Sequence record: NC_028847.1
Strand: one strand, 5' to 3'
Origin: Escherichia phage QL01
DNA: 64,000 nt
Under the pieces are notes generated by a model. It was not told where the DNA came from. It did not search any database and saw only the letters and a program-made list of their open reading frames with translations. This document shows positions 61,375 through 64,000 of this stretch, piece after piece (the stretch's first letter is position 1; every line of letters starts with the position of its first letter). A program made the position numbers and the translations under genes.

Positions 61375-61641
61375 TCAAAACACCACCTCTTTTATCTCAA
61401 TTAATCCCCTGTGCAATGCAGTACGAAGGTCATAAAGAATATCTATGCCGTCAACATTATCCAGTTTTCCATCAATAAGCTTTTCTAAATCTTCCTTTGA
61501 TGCGATTAAGGGACGGAGAAATTTACATTCAGAAAGAGATAACTCTGTAGTAACATCACCACCTTCACCTGATGCATCATACATAGCGGCAACAACCATA
61601 CCTGTAACTTTGTGTTTAGCGTAATATAATTTGATATCCAT
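61375..61641 (-). CDS. Hypothetical protein
   Basis: 88-aa ORF with SD GAGGAGAACAAA. Confidence 0.5.
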   Translation of the reverse strand: MDIKLYYAKHKVTGMVVAAMYDASGEGGDVTTELSLSECKFLRPLIASKEDLEKLIDGKLDNVDGIDILYDLRTALHRGLIEIKEVVF

Positions 61642-61697
61642 TTTGTTCTCCTCATTAGTTGATAGGAAGATAGTAACACCATCCGTGGCATTATAAC

Positions 61698-61925
61698 TTA
61701 AGCAACAGAATGTTTTGGATGCTGTTTAGCCCAACCTACTAAAAATTCCCAATACTTTTCGATAGAACCGTAAAGATTAATTACTGTAGGAGTGGTAACT
61801 TCAGTCCAATCTTTTTGAACATTACCCGTTTTAATATTGGTAAGCTTGTGAAACACTTTACCATTCTCAAATTTATATTCTTCGATTTTACGATTGATTG
61901 CTTTAACATAAGTAATAGAAGTCAT
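61698..61925 (-). CDS. Hypothetical protein
   Basis: Start at internal ATG after SD GAGGAAAATATT; 75 aa. Confidence 0.45.
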   Translation of the reverse strand: MTSITYVKAINRKIEEYKFENGKVFHKLTNIKTGNVQKDWTEVTTPTVINLYGSIEKYWEFLVGWAKQHPKHSVA

Positions 61926-62000
61926 AATATTTTCCTCTCGTGTAGTTGATAGGAAGATAGTAACACCATCCATGGCGTATGTAAATACTATTTTAAAAAT

Positions 62001-62558
62001 TTATAAGGCGAGATACCAGCCGTTGTAATTACTCTTACGGACTAGCTTTGTGATGGCTTCTCTGTCACCAGAGAACTTAGGAGTGAACAGGACGTCGCCT
62101 GCCTCATTTACTGAAGTGTCGAATATAATTATACAGTCTGCAACTTTATGATTCAGGAGCGGTCCCAGGTTAATCCCTGTTCCATAAGGGAAGTCACCAG
62201 AGTATCCTGTAGTGCAGGAAATCCACTTAGAATCTGATTGGTGGGTCTTAACCTCTACACGAAGTCCACAGTACATAGGATGCGCTAAAACATCCCAGGC
62301 ATAGGTATAAGGGTCATCATGGTCTTCCAGACCACTGTTAACGTATCCTTTCAACCAATCAGCCACCATATACTCGGCATACGTTGCAATGACACACCGA
62401 GTCAATACTTCTTTCTTATCTTGGGACGGGTCTTGGCTTAAGGAATACAATACGGTGTCCTTAATCTTGACCTTCATTTCGCCTGTTAAATCAGATGTCT
62501 TCAGGGTAAATGTCGGCATCGCTGCCAATCGGAGTAGTCCCGGGTTCGTCTTCACCAT
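62001..62558 (-). CDS. Possible DenB-like endonuclease IV
   Basis: Track start is GTG; first ATG gives 185 aa, the T4 DenB size; position between ndd block and rIIB; sequence identity not confirmed. Confidence 0.4.
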   Translation of the reverse strand: MVKTNPGLLRLAAMPTFTLKTSDLTGEMKVKIKDTVLYSLSQDPSQDKKEVLTRCVIATYAEYMVADWLKGYVNSGLEDHDDPYTYAWDVLAHPMYCGLRVEVKTHQSDSKWISCTTGYSGDFPYGTGINLGPLLNHKVADCIIIFDTSVNEAGDVLFTPKFSGDREAITKLVRKSNYNGWYLAL

Positions 62559-62799
62559 AAATGCCTCGAATATGAAGTTCACCGTAATAAATTCGGTCGT
62601 CGGGTTCTAAAGTATCAGAATCTGCTAAAGGAAATTCGCCTTCGACCACCTCATCGCATTCTAGAAAAGCGTAATGAACATCACCCGGGTGTTTAACGAG
62701 CTTAGCACAATAAACAGTACCTGCTTTATGGAATCCACGCAAATTAGAAATCTTGATATCACGTTCACCGACATTCAGGTAATTAATCATTTTACTCAC
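62491..62799 (-). CDS. Hypothetical acidic protein
   Basis: 102-aa ORF; 3' end overlaps start of downstream gene in another frame. Confidence 0.4.
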   Translation of the reverse strand: MSKMINYLNVGERDIKISNLRGFHKAGTVYCAKLVKHPGDVHYAFLECDEVVEGEFPLADSDTLEPDDRIYYGELHIRGIYGEDEPGTTPIGSDADIYPEDI

Positions 62800-62989
62800 C
62801 GAAATAAGAAATACGAACCTCTAAACAATGAGCATAAGCGCCCATCGCATCCAGTTGTGCAATCAGTAACCCTTGTTGACGGATATCAAGAGTTTCAAAA
62901 ACACCACCTTCAATAAAGGTTTCTAGTGCGTTAATTTTAAGAACCAACTGGTCGTATTCTTCAACTACACGTGCTTGGTAACCTAACAT
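62792..62989 (-). CDS. Hypothetical protein
   Basis: 65-aa ORF; SD GAGGAATT; preceded by CUUCGG hairpin. Confidence 0.45.
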   Translation of the reverse strand: MLGYQARVVEEYDQLVLKINALETFIEGGVFETLDIRQQGLLIAQLDAMGAYAHCLEVRISYFGE

Positions 62990-63001
62990 AATTCCTCATT
63001 A

Positions 63002-63017
63002 GGAGGCCGAAGCCTCC
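63002..63017 (-). other. Intercistronic CUUCGG-tetraloop hairpin, identical to the copy at 25355-25370
   Basis: GGAGGC-CGAA-GCCTCC between rIIB stop and the next RBS. Confidence 0.6.
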
Positions 63018-63026
63018 GTTATTGAT

Positions 63027-63992
63027 TTAGTATTTGTATTCGTTTGCGAACTGTTCGGTGACGTCTTCCAGAACTTCATAATAACATACACGCATTTTAG
63101 CATCACCGTAATCGACCGGAATACTAACAACATCACGTGGGTTAACTTTACATGAAACTACTTTACAGCTTGAGTTGCCAAAATGACCGATATAACTACG
63201 AGAGCAAACGTGCAGACCACTTGAACAAGTTACTTCGTCGTCATCATTCACACGTGAACGAGGCATTTTAACCGGTTTGCCTGGTGAGTTATCAAACGTA
63301 CCGGTACGACAGTCGGTGTAATCAGAGTTAACTACCTTCCACGTAATAAAGTGGCCATCTTCAGTAATTTTGATGTCGTTTGCCACCAGGAAGTCGAACA
63401 GACGCTGTACAGCTTTTTCGCTTGGGTTTTCTAACAGGTTTTCAAGGAACGGCAGGTAGAATTCGAAGTCTTCACCATTTTCCATTGAAGTGATAATACG
63501 GTCAATCAACCCTGAACGCAATTCAATGCCTTGGTAAACCAGACGTCCACCTTCAATACGAACGTTGCCTTTAACAAATGCCTTAACGGCTTCTTTAATA
63601 GAAATCAGTTTAATCGCGTCGTCGAAACGAGATTCTTTAAGAGCCTGTACGATGGCATCAAAATGTTTATTTTTATTAGTGGCGTTCCATACTGTACGAC
63701 CTTCAGTGATGGATACGAATTTAGAACTAGCATTCCAGATAATTTCTGGACGAGAACCACCAATAGTGGCTTCAACAGGAACAACCAGCAGGTTAGGAAC
63801 TGTTACCGTAACATTTCCGGTAATAACCACTTGAGAACGTTTAGCTTCTTCATCATTTTTCAGAACTTTACGAATGGTATCAACCGAAACACCATACCAG
63901 TCAGCTAGTTCTTGCTGAGTATAATTACCGGATTTATAGAGGGAAACTACTTTCTCTTGTTCAGATTCAGATAGACATTTAATATTGAACAT
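63027..63992 (-). CDS. rIIB: rIIB
   Basis: 321 aa; near-identity to recalled T4 rIIB N-terminus (M.NIKCL...EQ...V.LY.SGNYTQQELADW.GVSVDTIR.VLKN.EEAKR) and C-terminus. Confidence 0.85.
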   Translation of the reverse strand: MFNIKCLSESEQEKVVSLYKSGNYTQQELADWYGVSVDTIRKVLKNDEEAKRSQVVITGNVTVTVPNLLVVPVEATIGGSRPEIIWNASSKFVSITEGRTVWNATNKNKHFDAIVQALKESRFDDAIKLISIKEAVKAFVKGNVRIEGGRLVYQGIELRSGLIDRIITSMENGEDFEFYLPFLENLLENPSEKAVQRLFDFLVANDIKITEDGHFITWKVVNSDYTDCRTGTFDNSPGKPVKMPRSRVNDDDEVTCSSGLHVCSRSYIGHFGNSSCKVVSCKVNPRDVVSIPVDYGDAKMRVCYYEVLEDVTEQFANEYKY

Positions 63993-64000
63993 AATATTTC

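Overview
This 64 kb window reads as one contiguous stretch of a T4-like (Tevenvirinae) myovirus genome, syntenic with phage T4 from the 3' end of gene 23 through rIIB. All gene names rest on recalled similarity to T4 proteins and on motifs visible in the translations; no database search was run. Promoter, terminator and small-ORF coordinates were counted by hand and may be off by 1-2 nt. Content: head genes (23 C-terminus, 24, hoc, inh); baseplate genes 25-26-51-27-28-29-48-54; long tail fibre genes 34-35-36-37 with a T2-type glycine-rich gp38 adhesin; DNA metabolism and repair (uvsW, uvsY, ligase 30, cd, pseT, rnlA, rnlB, denA, nrdB, nrdA, td, frd, 32, 59, rnh, 52); host takeover (alt, alc, asiA, motA, ndd, stp); lysis (rIII, separate i/o-spanins, holin t). 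Between these lie blocks of small early ORFs with repeated early-promoter/stem-loop cassettes and CUUCGG-type hairpins. No rRNA, tRNA, CRISPR array, transposon, intron or homing endonuclease gene was found. Most of the window is conserved T4 core. The most unusual feature is a tandem array of three full-length Alt-like ADP-ribosyltransferase paralogues (T4 has one), with a NADAR/YbiA-like putative ADP-ribose-processing protein and a HAD-like hydrolase about 2.7 kb away beyond the ligase gene. Also notable are a DUF4326-like gene between nrdA and td, a small very basic protein with a ~150-nt leader, and an Stp peptide that matches my recollection of T4 Stp. I found no clearly novel multi-gene system beyond these.
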